Shown here one piece after another: positions 31,683 through 44,819 of a DNA stretch of 64,000 nt; position 1 is the first letter of the stretch; every line of letters begins with the position of its first letter. Below the pieces are notes generated by a model that ran no database searches, was not told where the DNA came from, and saw nothing but the letters and a program-made list of their open reading frames with translations. Both the position numbers and the translations under genes were made by a program. The stretch comes from the human T2T-CHM13v2.0 reference genome, Homo sapiens: the NCBI RefSeq assembly GCF_009914755.1, contig NC_060927.1. The stretch is one strand, 5' to 3'.

Positions 31683-32935
31683 TATAACTACCTTAGTAGG
31701 GAAAAAGGAGTGGGAGAAAAGACCTCTTTGGAAAGAATAAGCAGGTTTCTACAGGAAAAACAATGAGAGATAAGAAAGTTTGTAATAATGTTTGTTCATC
31801 CAGGTACGAGTGGTCTCTCTGTCTTCTTCAAGGCTATAAAACTCCCCCAGAGAGGATATTTATGATATATTGAGTCTCCTTCCTAGGAGTAAAAGCTACC
31901 CTGAAGAAGGAATTTATGAAAGCCTCATTTCCCAGAAGTTTCTGCTATTAGTCAAATAAGAGAAGCTCTGAGACGGTTTTTTTTCCGCATCTGTTGAATC
32001 CCAAATGTCTTCAGCTTAAAATAATCTTCAGACCAACTCTGGGCTTCTGAGTGGGTACCCGACATTACCACCTAGGAGCCTAGCACAACTCTCCAGCTCC
32101 AAAGGCACTGATGTCTGGGATGGAGGGAAAGGGTGGATTCAAGCCCTACTGTGAGAGAAGACACCAACAGCCCCTAACAGCTGAGTTATTGTGCGTCTGA
32201 AAGAGAAGGAACTAATGGTGACTTAAAAGCATTAAGCCAAGATGACAGAGAGATCATTGTCACCACTAACACAAATAAGGAAGCCAGTCAGGAGAAAGTA
32301 CTAGTTTGAAGGGGGAAATTTTAAACATGCTGAATAAGACACAGCAGGAAAAATCTCTAGGAGACAATTGGAAACGTGGAACCAGAAAACCAGAAAGTGA
32401 TCAGTGCAGGAAATGCAACTTGGGAGTCATTTGCCTAAAGCCATAACTTGAAGCCATAGTAAATGTGGGTATATCTCCAAGGATTAAGGAATAGAGAAAG
32501 AAGACTAGAAGGTAAGCAACAAATCTTAGTTAATACTCAAATTTAGATGGTCTGCATGTGACATTAACAAGTGAAAGATACAAAGAATTAAGATTAAAGT
32601 GCCCAGTATAAGTCTGACACTAAACTGGGAACTTTTTCTATGTCATTTTATGACGTAGGCACTACCTCTATTTCATTAAAACCAAGGCTGAGAGTAATGT
32701 ATCTTGTCAAAGCCATATAACTAGTAGACAACAGAGATGGGATCAAAGGCATGTTGCCTCACTCAGGGACCATCTGACTCATGCCTTCATGGACAGGACT
32801 GTGGGATGGAGGGCAATGGAGGAAGAGTTTTCAGGAGTGCATAGGATGAACGTAGTCAAAGGCAATGGGGACCGAGAAGAGGCCACTGAATTCTGAGTCC
32901 TCTGAGAGGACTCACCTCTCAGAAATAGTTGCAGT

Positions 32936-33813
32936 ATAAGGTCTAAAATCAAGGCCCCCATATTTTGTGCTGCTTTGACATATGGAGAAATTCAGGAGGG
33001 CCTCAAATGACCTAATGACAAGTTCCCCTCCTGACATGGTTTGGCTGTGCCTCCACCCAAATCTTATCTTGAATTGTAACTCCCACAATTCCCACATGTT
33101 GTGGGAGGAACCCAGCAGGAGGTGATTGAATTATGGGAGCAAGTCTTTCCTGCACTGTTCACATGATCATGAATCAGTCTCACAAGATCTGATGGTTTTT
33201 AAAATGGGAGTTTCCCTGCACAAGGTCTCTCTTTGCCTGCTGCCCTCCATGTAAGATGTGACTTGCTCCTCCTTGCCTTTAGCCATGATCATGAGGTCTC
33301 TCCAGCCATGTGGAACAGTAAGTCCAATAAACCTCTTTCTTTTGTAAATCACCCAGTCTCCGATATATCTTTATCAGCAGTGTGAAAACAGACTAATACA
33401 CCTCCCAGCTCTGCTCCTGCAAATAAAGTCCCCCAGCCAAACAACCCTCCCTGTCATGTGAACCAGGCATGGTTCCTGCTTATTCCTCTTATTCCGGAGT
33501 AGTGGATTTCAGTTTCCTGCCAGCCTGCAGAATTATTCAGACAAGCCGACTTCATCCTCCCATAGAAACAGGGATAATCCCACCCCTCTTAATACTAAAG
33601 CCTTCTTCCCACATCCCCTGATTGCTCACTGTGTTCCCAAGTGCAACTCCCACGTGGACCTGTGTGGCACTCAGGGTCCTTCCTCCCTGGGCTGTGAGTA
33701 TATGTGACTAACAAACTGCTGTCTCACTGGTCCAGTGTTGTTCAGTCATCTTTCTAACCCTAGGGTGGGACCCTTTCTCACCAACCAGGTAAGTCGAGAG
33801 TGGTTAGAACAAC
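32936..33813 (+). mobile_element. ERVL-class LTR (MER73-like) interrupted by THE1
   Basis: 'taaggtctaaaatcaagg...gagggcctcaaatgacctaatgacaagttcccctcc|cagctctgctcc...agccaaacaaccctcc'. Confidence 0.6.
33032..33400 (+). mobile_element. THE1C-like MaLR solo LTR
   Basis: 'tgacatggtttggctgtg...gtgaaaacagactaataca'; exact 5-bp TSD cctcc. Confidence 0.9.
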
Positions 33814-34059
33814 AGAAGACACCAGAGTGTTTACTGTGGAAGTAACATGGGTGAAATGCTTCACTTTAATAACTACTGGCTTTATTACAACTGAAGAAAT
33901 CTGAGAAATGGATGATTACTCTTTTCTAATTTTATATAGGAGGAAACTGAGGAACAGAGAGGTGTTCAATGGATACTTAGAGTGAGACAGCACCAAATTA
34001 TTTTTCTCACTTTAATGTTGCATTGTTCTCAAATATTTTTTTTACAAGATCCTTTCCAG

Positions 34060-34870
34060 ATGCTTCTATAAGAATCACATATATCCAGTATTTACAGAAA
34101 GCCATTGCAAGCAATAAGGAAAATCCAAAAAGCAAAATATGGGCAAAGGATAGGAACAGATAATTTCCAAAAGAAGAAATAGGAATGCCAATGATGGCAT
34201 AATGTCCAACCTCACTATGAATCAAAGAAATTCAAACAAAAATTACAACAAATATTTTTGTCCCTTTTTGGTTGAGAAAGCTTTATACTACCCACTGTTG
34301 GTGAGATTTTAAGGAATTGGAGATGCTCATACACAGATGGGATAAGTAGAAATCAGTATCTCTCTGAAAGGCAGGGTAGCAACTTTCTCAAAATCTTTAA
34401 TGGTAGTATTTTATGAAAAAAAAATTCATTCGTAGGATTATATCCAAAGGAAACAACTTGTGAAATTCATAAATGTATATGGATGAGAATGCTTATTCAT
34501 TGTTTTTTTATAATATAAAAAAACCAGAAACAATCTAAATGCCCATCAAAAGGGGATAGGCTAAGTAAGTTGTGGTACACCTATAAAATAGAATACTATG
34601 CAGTCTTTTAAGTGGAAGATGTAGATGTATATTTATCAACATAGGAAGATGATATTTGGTTTTAAAAACTAGGTTATAAAGCTGCAGGTGGAAGAGTACA
34701 CATATTATGTAAAATGTTTATAAAATTTTGTGTTTTTCTACGTACACGCATAATGAGACATTTGTTGGGAAATTTGCAAAGTTTTAGTATTCCATAGTCT
34801 TCAAATTTCAGGTGAGTCTTACTCTCTTCTTTAGTTTATCCCAAAGGCACATATCAGTAATCAGGAAATA
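34060..34870 (+). mobile_element. old L1 (L1ME-like) 3' fragment
   Basis: 'atgggcaaaggataggaacagataatttc...gaaacaatctaaatgcccatcaaaagggg...gaatactatgcagtc'. Confidence 0.7.
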
Positions 34871-36016
34871 AAAGGTTGTTTTCACTGGGGGTGGGGGAAC
34901 ACATGGAGAGGAATGAATAGGTCACCTCAAAAAGAAAGCATACTTCAGGAAGAACTTACACAAATTACACAACATACTTTGCTTTTGCACTTATTTTTTA
35001 TTTCCCAACAGATAACACGTGAAATTCCAGAAAGGGGAGAATCAATTGTGCATTCGATTTTTCACAGGGAGCTCATGAAACTAAGGCTTCTGTGCAGCAG
35101 CAGGGCCATGGAGTGGAAACTGGAAGGCGACTGGGGTCAGTAGGTGCTGGCCAGTCCCTCTCTGATTGAAAAGGACATGTGAAGGGTGCCAAGTGAGACC
35201 TCCTCTCCAAGTTCTCAACAATGGCTACTTTTTTGCGTTTTATTTTGTGAACAATTCGAACCCACAACCCTGGATACATTCCACTTGTGTAGGTTTCCCC
35301 TTCAGACAGCAAATGCTGCTGTTTCCAAATCCAATCATGAGTGTTTGCTGTTGGAGCGCTTGGTGTAAGGCATGTGTGTCCTATAAAATATGTTTCTCAA
35401 AACTTAACTTTTTAAGAAATCAGTCACTGGTTTATCTCCCAATTCTATCACCCAGAAGAAGAGAAAGATGCCAAAACAGATCCCACAGAGAGTTTCATTC
35501 TGAAAAACAGACATTTAATGTAGTTATTCTGAAAAAAATACAAACTGTATTATGTCACTTTAGAAATTTCAAAATAGAGATCTCTAGGTATCCCGTTAGG
35601 CATCTGTCGTGCTCCCAATTATATTACTTTCGACAGCCCTAAGAGAAGCAATATTTATTGGCCTACTAAGTCTTTAAGAATGCAAAACTTAACCCATCTG
35701 GAACTAGTTGTGTTGTTGGCTCCAGGGTTCCTTACATCAGAACAAATTCAGACATAAACTCTGGGACAGTTCTTGAATATTGCATGAAGGTGAGTTGCAG
35801 GCATTCACACAACACAGCATTGTCTTTTAAAGCATTTTTATAAAGCAGATCCAAAGGCTGGCAAACCTTTCCTTCACCATAAAGGAAATCTAGGCTAAAG
35901 GGGAAAATAAGAAGTTTATGAACTATTAAAAAAATAAAGCTGTGGAGTTAGGGAGTTATGGATTAGGTTCCAATCCATTAATTCTTTTATTCTCTGGCAG
36001 AGCTGGCTGAAGATGT

Positions 36017-36032
36017 GCAGCCCTCTGGCGGG
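36017..36032 (-). promoter_or_regulatory. candidate CTCF site
   Basis: Minus strand CCCGCCAGAGGGCTGC in non-repeat sequence; motif only. Confidence 0.5.
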
Positions 36033-37149
36033 TAACAGAAACATTCATGTCCAGAACAATCACAAAAAGGGAGAGAAATGGCTGGCAGAGCAGAGGGCGG
36101 ATCCACTCATTTGGATGTTAATTTATACAGAAATCTGGAATTCAATAATCTCACATCCCCCAGGTAAGGGAGCGATCCACTCTCCAATTTCATTTGGGAG
36201 TTCTATTACATTAAGCAATATTCTGTTTGGCCAGACATGCCATTCTTCTCTTGAAGGAAATTAATTTCTTGATTCTTCCATCTAATAATCTAATATAATC
36301 CCAAGTCAGTGCTTTAAGTTTTCTCATGACACTACTAGACAAAATAAACTCTGAAGTACCTCTTGTGGGAACTCACAAGATACAGATGAAAACAAAAGAA
36401 GAAAGTAAAATTGAAGAGGGTGAGGCCAGGGACAATTAGGTATTGAACTGCCTGCCCTGCCTCTGACACATGATACATGTGATTTGTTAAGACGATTTTC
36501 TATCCTTAACTCTTCACTAAGTAGGGCTGCTTTACAATTTCCATAGGAAATTTATTTTTAAGTATGTAAGGCCTGTGAACAGGATAAATAAAAGATTACA
36601 AGGAAAAAAAAAAGCAGTGATTTCTGGTTGTTTAAAAGGCAACTCAACAAGCCTTTCCCAGCAAAAGGAAAAGGTCAGGATCAATAAAAGGGCCTTTCCT
36701 TTGGGAGGAGATCTGTTTTCAATTTAACAAAAATAAATCCTTATGGTGTAGTCTTCTGAAGACCAAGGAAACATCAAGCTATACAAGGGATCTGGCCTTA
36801 CCAGGATAAGAAAACTTCTTCATTTGATATTCTCCAATAATATCAAAACAAAGTAAACTGTACCCACTTTGCACTCTTTCTCGGCCCCCTGCCTGTTAGT
36901 GAAAGGCCAGTTAACCTGAAAAATGAAAACCAGCTCTTAAATGTAAAGATGATACTACTCATTGATGCAATGTTATCCTGATAGTGGCTTTTCAGAGATA
37001 TCATCTTAAGCGTGATATCAACAGGGGGAATCTCACATACGAGTAGAGGCTGGTTTAGAAAAATCCTGCAGGATATGGAGTGTCTTTGGTGACAGAAGTC
37101 ATACTCTTAAAGGTATCTTGGTCAAACTCATCATCTCTTACTCTTTTTA

Positions 37150-37313
<164 letters not shown>

Positions 37314-37879
37314 GTACTGGCTCAACTACTATGATGAGAAGCTTTTGGGAGATACTCAGTGGTAATGTCAGCCTTATTTTCTGTGGCAAATCTGAATCTT
37401 TGCTGCCGTAACACAGCTGTTTTCAACATTTACCCTTTCTACACTCATAGGCACACACACAATTTTAACTGATGAATTCATAGAATTCATAAACCTGACA
37501 GTGTCCCATTGCTGGAACCTTAGTCATACCCATTCCTAGCTCTTGCTAACTATAACTTCTCCATTTTTCCTTCCTCTCAAGAAAGTATATTAGATTGCAA
37601 GGTTGCAAGAGAGTAAGAGTCTTAACCTTAAATATGCTTTCATTTATTAGAAAAAAGGAAATCATCTGCATCCTTCAGCAATTTAAATATTATTAGAGAA
37701 AAACCTGGTGGGATTCAGCATCAAAGTTATTCTCCTTTCTGGCATGACCTCCTCTCAGCACTTCTTCAAGTATATAAATCCTACCAATACCTCAAGGTCC
37801 ATCTACTCTGTATTCTGAAAATACTCCAATCTCCTCTCCCTGGAATCTACCAGGACTCTCAAACTCAAGTGTTTTCCAG

Positions 37880-38190
37880 CAGTCAGGAAAGTTAGTTGCA
37901 TGCTGCAGGCCAATTTTCAGGCATGTGTGTTTACTGGATGAGTGATGAGGACATGACAACAGAAGAGAACACGTCCTCCCTGAAGGGGGCAGCAGCCAGT
38001 CAGTCCCATCCCATTGCTGTCAGGTGGGAATGCAGGCCCATAGCTACCCGATCTTCCAATGTTTTAAGATAAGTCGAAAATCTGCATTCTATGGATAATA
38101 TCTCAACTTCAAATGTTGGCTCACTTAGGATGACAATGACTCTGTGATCTGCATTGGACCCATGGAACCACTAATTTGCAACCTCTGGTT
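37880..38190. mobile_element. MER102-like hAT element
   Basis: 'gtgggaatgcaggcccatagctacccgatcttcc...ttgcaacctctg'. Confidence 0.6.
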
Positions 38191-39909
38191 TCTACAAAAC
38201 ATGAAGCTGACTGATAAATGACAAGCTTGTGCCATTTATCAGCAAGTGTTTGCTATTTCACATCATCAGTCACATCAGTATTTCAGAGAGCCATAAATAA
38301 ATGTATAAGTTATAGGTAACAAAAATAAAGCAGGGCTTTAACTTAATTATCTTTAATTTAGCTTATTTAAAGTTTCAAATAACATGTAAAGAGGGCCTGA
38401 GATATTTATATTTAGAAATTTAGAGACATTGGTTAAATAAGTTAAGGAACAATGAGCCAGACTCTGAAGTCCCAGCAAGGAGGGGCTGTATCTTTGTTTT
38501 ATTCAGTACCTATCAAGAGTGCTAAGTACACAGGTTTGAATGGAACTGATTTGAATCATTTAAGGAAAAAGGTTCCAGACAAACATTGCATGCATTAGAA
38601 ACTGAGTATTTCCCGATTAAACATATACCACCCTTACATTTCCAAAGTGTCAGCAAAGCATTCTGTTCTTTGGTCAAATCTTGTAAAAGCCACTTACTCC
38701 TAAATATTTTTACTTTGTAACCTTCACCGTTCCAAGTTCATCTAAAAGAATAAAGAAAATACCTGGCACAGAGAATGCATTCAAAGTGTATTAGTTAAAT
38801 TTCACTAAAAAGAAGTAAACAAAAGACAAAAAACTTCAATGCATCTTGATTCTCTGTAGAGAGAGCACCTTGTGGCTTGGGCTTCTTCTATCAAACACAT
38901 ACCCACACCTTTTTGTCAGATAAACTCATTTGGTTTTTCTTGTGTAATGGGGTGAGTATTGTACAAGGTTTCAATGCCTTTTTTTTCCAACTCACATTGT
39001 CCCTTAGAAGCTCGAAGTACTAACAAAGTGCTTCACCACACAAAAGTGCTGTCTACATTTGTCTGGCAAATACGATGCCAAACGAAAAGCCTGATGAGTC
39101 TGCAATTCGTCATGGGCATGATCAAGCTCCAGGCTGCTTCCACCAGAGAGCAAATTCAACATTATAAAGGAAGTGTGGACAGGAAAGCCTTCCAGCAAGA
39201 TTCTCAGAATATGGACATGAGATTCAAAGACTAATAAAATGGGTTGGGGAGACGGTATTGATGAAGAAGCAGCCGGAGAGGAAAAAAGGAGGATTTGAGC
39301 AGATGTCTGTCACTAAAGAAAGTGAAAGACACAGAGGAAAGAGAAGATCTATGTTATCACCTGTGATCCTAAAACAACTCTAGGAATTAGGCCGCATTAT
39401 CCTTGCTTTTATAGAGGAAGAAAATGTGGAACAGAAAAGCTGAATAACTTGTCACAGTCTTACCCAGCCAATTAGTGGCTTAACTGGAGTTTGGCCAGGT
39501 CTTTTTGTCTGTATAGCACAAACCTTGTGACCACACAGCACTAACTTCCAATAAGTCACCCAAAAAGTCAGCTGCATGTAATTAGCTCTGCTGTGAAACT
39601 ATGGACTGGGGAAAGGGCATTGTTCATTTGTTAGCTTAATTTTTGTTAAAGGCATACAAGACCAACCACAAAAAAAGAAAAACAAAAACAAAACAAACAA
39701 ACAACAGCAAAAAAAAATCAGCCAGAGCTGTAGAAAATCAACTCTGTCATTAGTAAGTATATTTTATTCAAGTATGTGTTATTAATATATTTGAGATCTC
39801 CCAAATACTAAAGAGATAGAAATTTAGATACATTGGAGATAAACTTCAAGTAAGCTATTTTTTCACTATTGCATAAATGGGAAGATATTTTCATTGAAAA
39901 TAATGTTCC

Positions 39910-40545
39910 TTTACTCAATCACCCAATATTTATTGAGAAACCACCTGGGCCAGACATTGTTCTGAATTCTGAAGATCAGAGAGTGAACAAGAAGCAACTG
40001 ACTTTGTTTTGTTTACAGTTCAGATTGAACAAAGCAATGGCAACAGAGAAAGAAAGAGAAGCCATTTATGGTTTGTGATAAATGCTGTGAAGGAAATATT
40101 TTCTGATAGAGAATGAATGGAAAACTTCCTTTAGGCAAAGAGGACAGGAAGGGCCTCCTTAGGTGATTGTGTCTAAATGAGTCAAGCATGTCGAGGGTTG
40201 AAGAAAGGGTGCTGCAGGCAGAGAGATAAGAGTATGCTAAGAGCCGGTGAGGACACTGAACTTAGCTCTTCCTGGGAAGTGGCAGCCCCTTGAGTTGGTG
40301 CAGTGACCAGGGTGGACATGTGTAGTATAAGCTTCAGGGAAGAGGTGAGTAGAAACCAGCCAGCCCCTCATGGGTCTGGTATACCACTAGAGTGCGTTTG
40401 GAATTAATTGTAAGCACAAGAGAAAGCTGTTGAATGATTCAGTCTTCAACAAGGGAACAACATGAACAGATTGGTGGTTTTATTTTGGCTGCCATGTGAA
40501 GAATGGATGACACGACACTCGCATAGAAGTGGAAGACTAGTCTAG
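39910..40545 (-). mobile_element. L2
   Basis: 'tactcaatcacccaatatttattgagaaaccacctgggccagacattgttct'. Confidence 0.6.
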
Positions 40546-40559
40546 AGTTTGGAAGATAG

Positions 40560-41069
40560 CACTTGGACGTCCTGCTGGATGCCTGCCATTACCCTCTGGA
40601 TCTGCCCTCCACCCTTTCCTCGCCTGTTGCCTGCCTCAGAGGCTGGCTTACATGGACTACGGCCCAGGGCTCTCTAGCTTCCAGTTAGTTTGGTCAATGG
40701 GAAACCCCAGCCAGAGATCAGAAGGGAGGAGAAAGAACTTAGGATATTAGTCCCTCAGCACCCTGTCACCTCCAAGCAGAGTTTCTCACAGGTTGGTTGT
40801 ATCCCACCACCCAGGGCTGCTGGTCCTTCAGGTGGCCTCTGCCAAGGGGCCTGTCACACAGCTCTCCCTCAGGTCCCAATAACCTTCCCTCTCCTATGCC
40901 TCTTTCCTCCCCTTTACCCTTCAGGAGTTGAGTAGCATCAGAAAACGCTGCAGCTAGCCCCAAGGTACTGCACTCTGTCTTGTAGTTTGAAAATGCTACC
41001 TTTGTTAAACTCTAGTCAAATTACCCAATGTATGGATGCCATCTGTTTCCTGTGGGGCTGACTGATACA
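40560..41069 (+). mobile_element. LTR33-like ERVL solo LTR
   Basis: 'gtttggtcaatgggaaaccccagccagagatcagaagggagg...gccatctgtttcctg...ctgactgataca'. Confidence 0.65.
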
Positions 41070-41342
41070 GGAAGAGAGAAGCAAGATACTATTTTGACAC
41101 GTTCAGTTACTGTGATCCTTGAGTAACATTCTGTTTAGCTTGAGTTCATATAACTCAAAAGGTTATCAAGGAAATCTTACACCCTTTTACCTTTTTAGGA
41201 GAAGCAACAAATTCACCAAAGAGGTAAAATGCCAAAATCATGGGCGTGCGGATTCAGAAAATAAAATAAACATTAGTGGTCATCAGTATTTGATTTCAGG
41301 CCAATTGTTAGAGCTGTCGCTTAAAAATTTAGATGTACATTT

Positions 41343-43170
41343 CTCATTCCATGTTTCATTTATTCAATCAATGTTTATTGAGTGCCTACTACTTGCAAGG
41401 CACTATTTTATGAACTAGACATAGAGCAGAGACCAAAACAAAATGCCTACTCTCTTGGAGCTTACATTCTGGGGGAGAATCAGAAAATAAACAACTCAAT
41501 GATATCTTATGTGCTTATAAGAAATGGTTAACAGGAATAGAGAGTGGGAGATCAGCAAGAGGACTGCTGATTTATAAAAGACAGAGTAGGCCTTTCTTAA
41601 AAGGTGATAATCTGAGCAGAGATCTAAAGGAAAAGATGAAGCAAGCTACGGCGATGTCCAGGGCAAGTGTGTTCTGGGGGCGGAAATCATGAGATGACGA
41701 GGTGTGGGTGGCACTTTTGAGTACCAGTAGAAGGCCAGTGCCACTGTAGCAGAGGAAGTAAGGAGGACATTGGCAGCCTATGCAATCAGGGAGACGGCAG
41801 GGACAAGATGAATAGCCTCAAGAACTTTGGCTTCTATTTTGAGACAATAAGTTTTTATGGTTTTGAGTAGAACAGTGATAGGAATTGATTTAGGTTCAAG
41901 GGGCTCATTCTGGCTACTGTGTTGCAAATAAGGTGGCAAGGATAGAAATAGAGAACACTTACGCAAAAGTCTAGAGCAAAGATGGTGACTTAGACCAGGG
42001 TTGTAGCATTTATATTTGATATGCCATTTAAATATCCAAGGGAACATGAGTAGGCATGGGATGTGTAACCGAAGTCTAGAGTTGAAAGAAGAGGTCTAAG
42101 CTAGAGATAGAGATTTCGAAAACATCAGTATTTAACCTTGACAGTGGATGAGATTTTCTAGGAAGTGAGGAGAGCATTAAGAGACAAGTTTTTAAGGATG
42201 GAGCCCTGAGTCATTACAGATTGACAGATCAGAAAGAGGATGATGACCAGCAAGGAGACCAAAAAGGCCAGTGTGGTTAAGTGGGAAACCAAGAGGGTGT
42301 GGTGTCCCCAAAGCCAACTGAAAAAAAAGTATGTCACGAAGGAGGAAGTGATCAACTGTATCATGTACTGCTGATAGATCAAGTAAGAATAGAACTGAGT
42401 AGAAAAATGGATTTGGCAACCAAGGGGCCATGGATGACCCAGACAAGTGCATTCTGAGAAGCGGTGGGGATGAAAGTGGGATGGAGAGAACATGTGCAGG
42501 CAACTCCTCTGATGTTCTTTGCTGTAAATGGGAAGCAGAGAAACGTGGGAGCTGGAATGAATTATGCAGGCTTCTTTCTTTTTTTCTTTTCCCTTCCTTC
42601 CTTCCCGCTTTCCTTTTTTCCTTCCTTCCTGCTTGCCTTTCTCCCTTCTTTTCTTTCTTCCTTCCTTTATCTTTCTTTCTTTTCTCCCTCTCTTACTCTC
42701 TTTATTTCTTTTCTTTATCTCTTTCTCTTTCTTTCCATTTCTCTCTTTCCTTCCTTTGTTCTTTTTCTCTCTCCTTTCGTTCTTTCATCTCTTTAGTTTA
42801 GAGACACTACAGCATCTTCATATCCTCTCAGAATTGTCTAGTAGGGAGAGGAACCCAAATGATGCAGGAGAGAACAGATAATTGCGGAAGCCAAGTGTTT
42901 TTGTAGGCATGTGTTGAGGTTCACGGCACCATGAAGGCCGAGGGTGGAAGCAGAACAGTTCAGAGAGCACATGGTCTAGGAGCAGGTAGGCTAGTGAGAG
43001 CATGTGGAGGTTTCCTCCTGACTGAGCTTTGCTCAGTAAAACAGGAAGTAAGGGCATACACATAGCAGGACCAGCAGAGAGAAGCTATTGGAGATCTGAG
43101 AAAAGGGTGGGAAATAGTCATCCAGGGCAAGTGGGTGGAGTAGGGTCCTGCAGTAGGATTGCTGAGCAGT
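41343..43170 (-). mobile_element. L2, long fragment
   Basis: 'tttcatttattcaatcaatgtttattgagtgcctact...' plus L2 body motifs ('atttggcaaccaaggggccatggatgacc'). Confidence 0.75.
42571..42794. repeat. polypyrimidine (CTTT/CCTT)n tract within L2
   Basis: ~220 bp, almost all C/T; source of the spurious F/S/L-rich ORFs. Confidence 0.9.
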
Positions 43171-43236
43171 GTGTTGGGCTTTAAACTGCCTTTCATATGA
43201 ATCCACAAATCCTACTAATATTAATGAAAGATATTA

Positions 43237-43341
43237 ATTTTCATTTTTCCTGCTCCCGTCAGCTTAAAACGAAAAGTTTCTCTACTTAGCCCATGAGGAG
43301 TCAGAAAAGAAAAAGTAATGCCCAGCAAATTTCTCCTTCCT
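43237..43341 (+). repeat. dispersed direct repeat, copy 1 (105 bp)
   Basis: Near-identical to 44525-44630. Confidence 0.9.
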
Positions 43342-44524
43342 AAGCTAGAAAGGAAAAAATAAGATATTCATGTAAGGAAAATAAAGAAGACATGGCAACT
43401 TGAAATTATGAAGAAATTCCAAATGTTGCATTTGGTAGTGTTCTTAAGCTACCATAAGAGATCTTCATTCTATTCTGGGTAGGGAGAATGTACGTGGCAG
43501 TTGCTAGGAATGATCCTTTGCCCGTGATCCTTCCCATGTGGTACCCCACTGTCCCCAATAGACCTGAGTGGCACAACCAACAAAACAACATTCAAATATA
43601 TGGAAATGATCTTTATTTTAGACTCTTTCTCATTTAGCCTGTTGGGCTCCGAGAATGTGAAAAATAAATCTGAAGCCTTACTTTTAATAGCTTTCTTATA
43701 AATTATCCCCAGTATGTAAAAGCCCAGCTCCTAGATATAACCAGAAGAAGGGGGAGGGGGGAAAGACTAATGACCTTTGACATTAAAATTTAAAATGTCC
43801 TGCATGCAAATACACTTTCCTGCCACTCTTTTGTAATGCAATAACCAGCAAGAATTAGAATTGCAAAAATTCCAAAAGAGCTACATGGAAATTATACAAC
43901 AAAGTGGTTTCACAGTGATATTGAGAAAGGAATATGAAATGAATACAAGATAACATAGAGACAGAATGGGGTGTTACAGATGTATGAGTGAACGTGCGTA
44001 TGAGCACATGCATGTCTCAGAGAGAGCAACAGATAAAAAATTATTTCTTTTTTTATGTTGCTCTTCATGAGCAAAATTTTAAGACAGACACTGTTCTGGT
44101 CACATTTCAATAATGTGACACATGGTTTCTATTTACATTCCAAATGAGTTTTCACTAAATGACTTTCGAAATATTTACTTGCAAGTATAAAGGAGACCCT
44201 TTGAATGTCTGATTTGAAAAAAGAACAAAATCAAGCAATTATCAACATAGATGTTCTAATACAAACTGACACTATTTTCTTCCATGTCTTTTTTTTTTTT
44301 TTTTTCATTCCTAGACACCACAAAAGACCAATGCTACAGATGTCTCTCTTTCGGCTTTAAATACTTCAACTGTGACAATGATAGTGAGACAGACTGCTTC
44401 AGGCCCTGTAGCTAGGACATAATAAATAATTCAAACAAGTTTTGAAAAATCATTTGGCCCATATAATATACCAGCTATCCGAACATTTACCAATGCCCGC
44501 CCCCTCCCCTCACACCTCATCCTT

Positions 44525-44630
44525 ATTTTCATTTTTTGCTGCTTCCATCAGCTTAAAATGAAAAGTTTCTCTACTTAGCCCATCAGGAGTCAGAAAAGAA
44601 AAAGTAATGCCCAGCAAATTTATCCTTCCT
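44525..44630 (+). repeat. dispersed direct repeat, copy 2 (106 bp)
   Basis: ~6 substitutions + 1 indel vs 43237-43341 (hand count). Confidence 0.9.
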
Positions 44631-44819
44631 TTGCTACCGGCTTCCATTAAATTGAAGGTGACTTCACATTGATCCTGGGTTCAATTCACATATCCAAAGA
44701 GACCTCAGTGATTAACATAAAGGGCAGTCCAATCAAGGATAGACACCTCCATGTGTGTATGGTGAGCAATTTGGTGGGATGTAAAACATAAATGATGTAG
44801 CATCAGAACACCTGGTGTG

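Noticed and set aside
35166-35642. 158-aa ORF in non-repeat DNA
   Set aside because: Non-ATG start, no recognisable domain or exon structure; length plausible by chance.
38952-39007. GTGAGT donor paired with the acceptor at 39007
   Set aside because: A 56-nt intron is below the usual minimum for the human spliceosome.
39083-39130. CGAAA...CTGATGAG, hammerhead-ribozyme-like words
   Set aside because: Spacing and order leave no room for stems I-III; no downstream GAAA.
42430-42881. Three overlapping F/S/L-rich ORFs
   Set aside because: Artefacts of the stop-free CT-rich tract.
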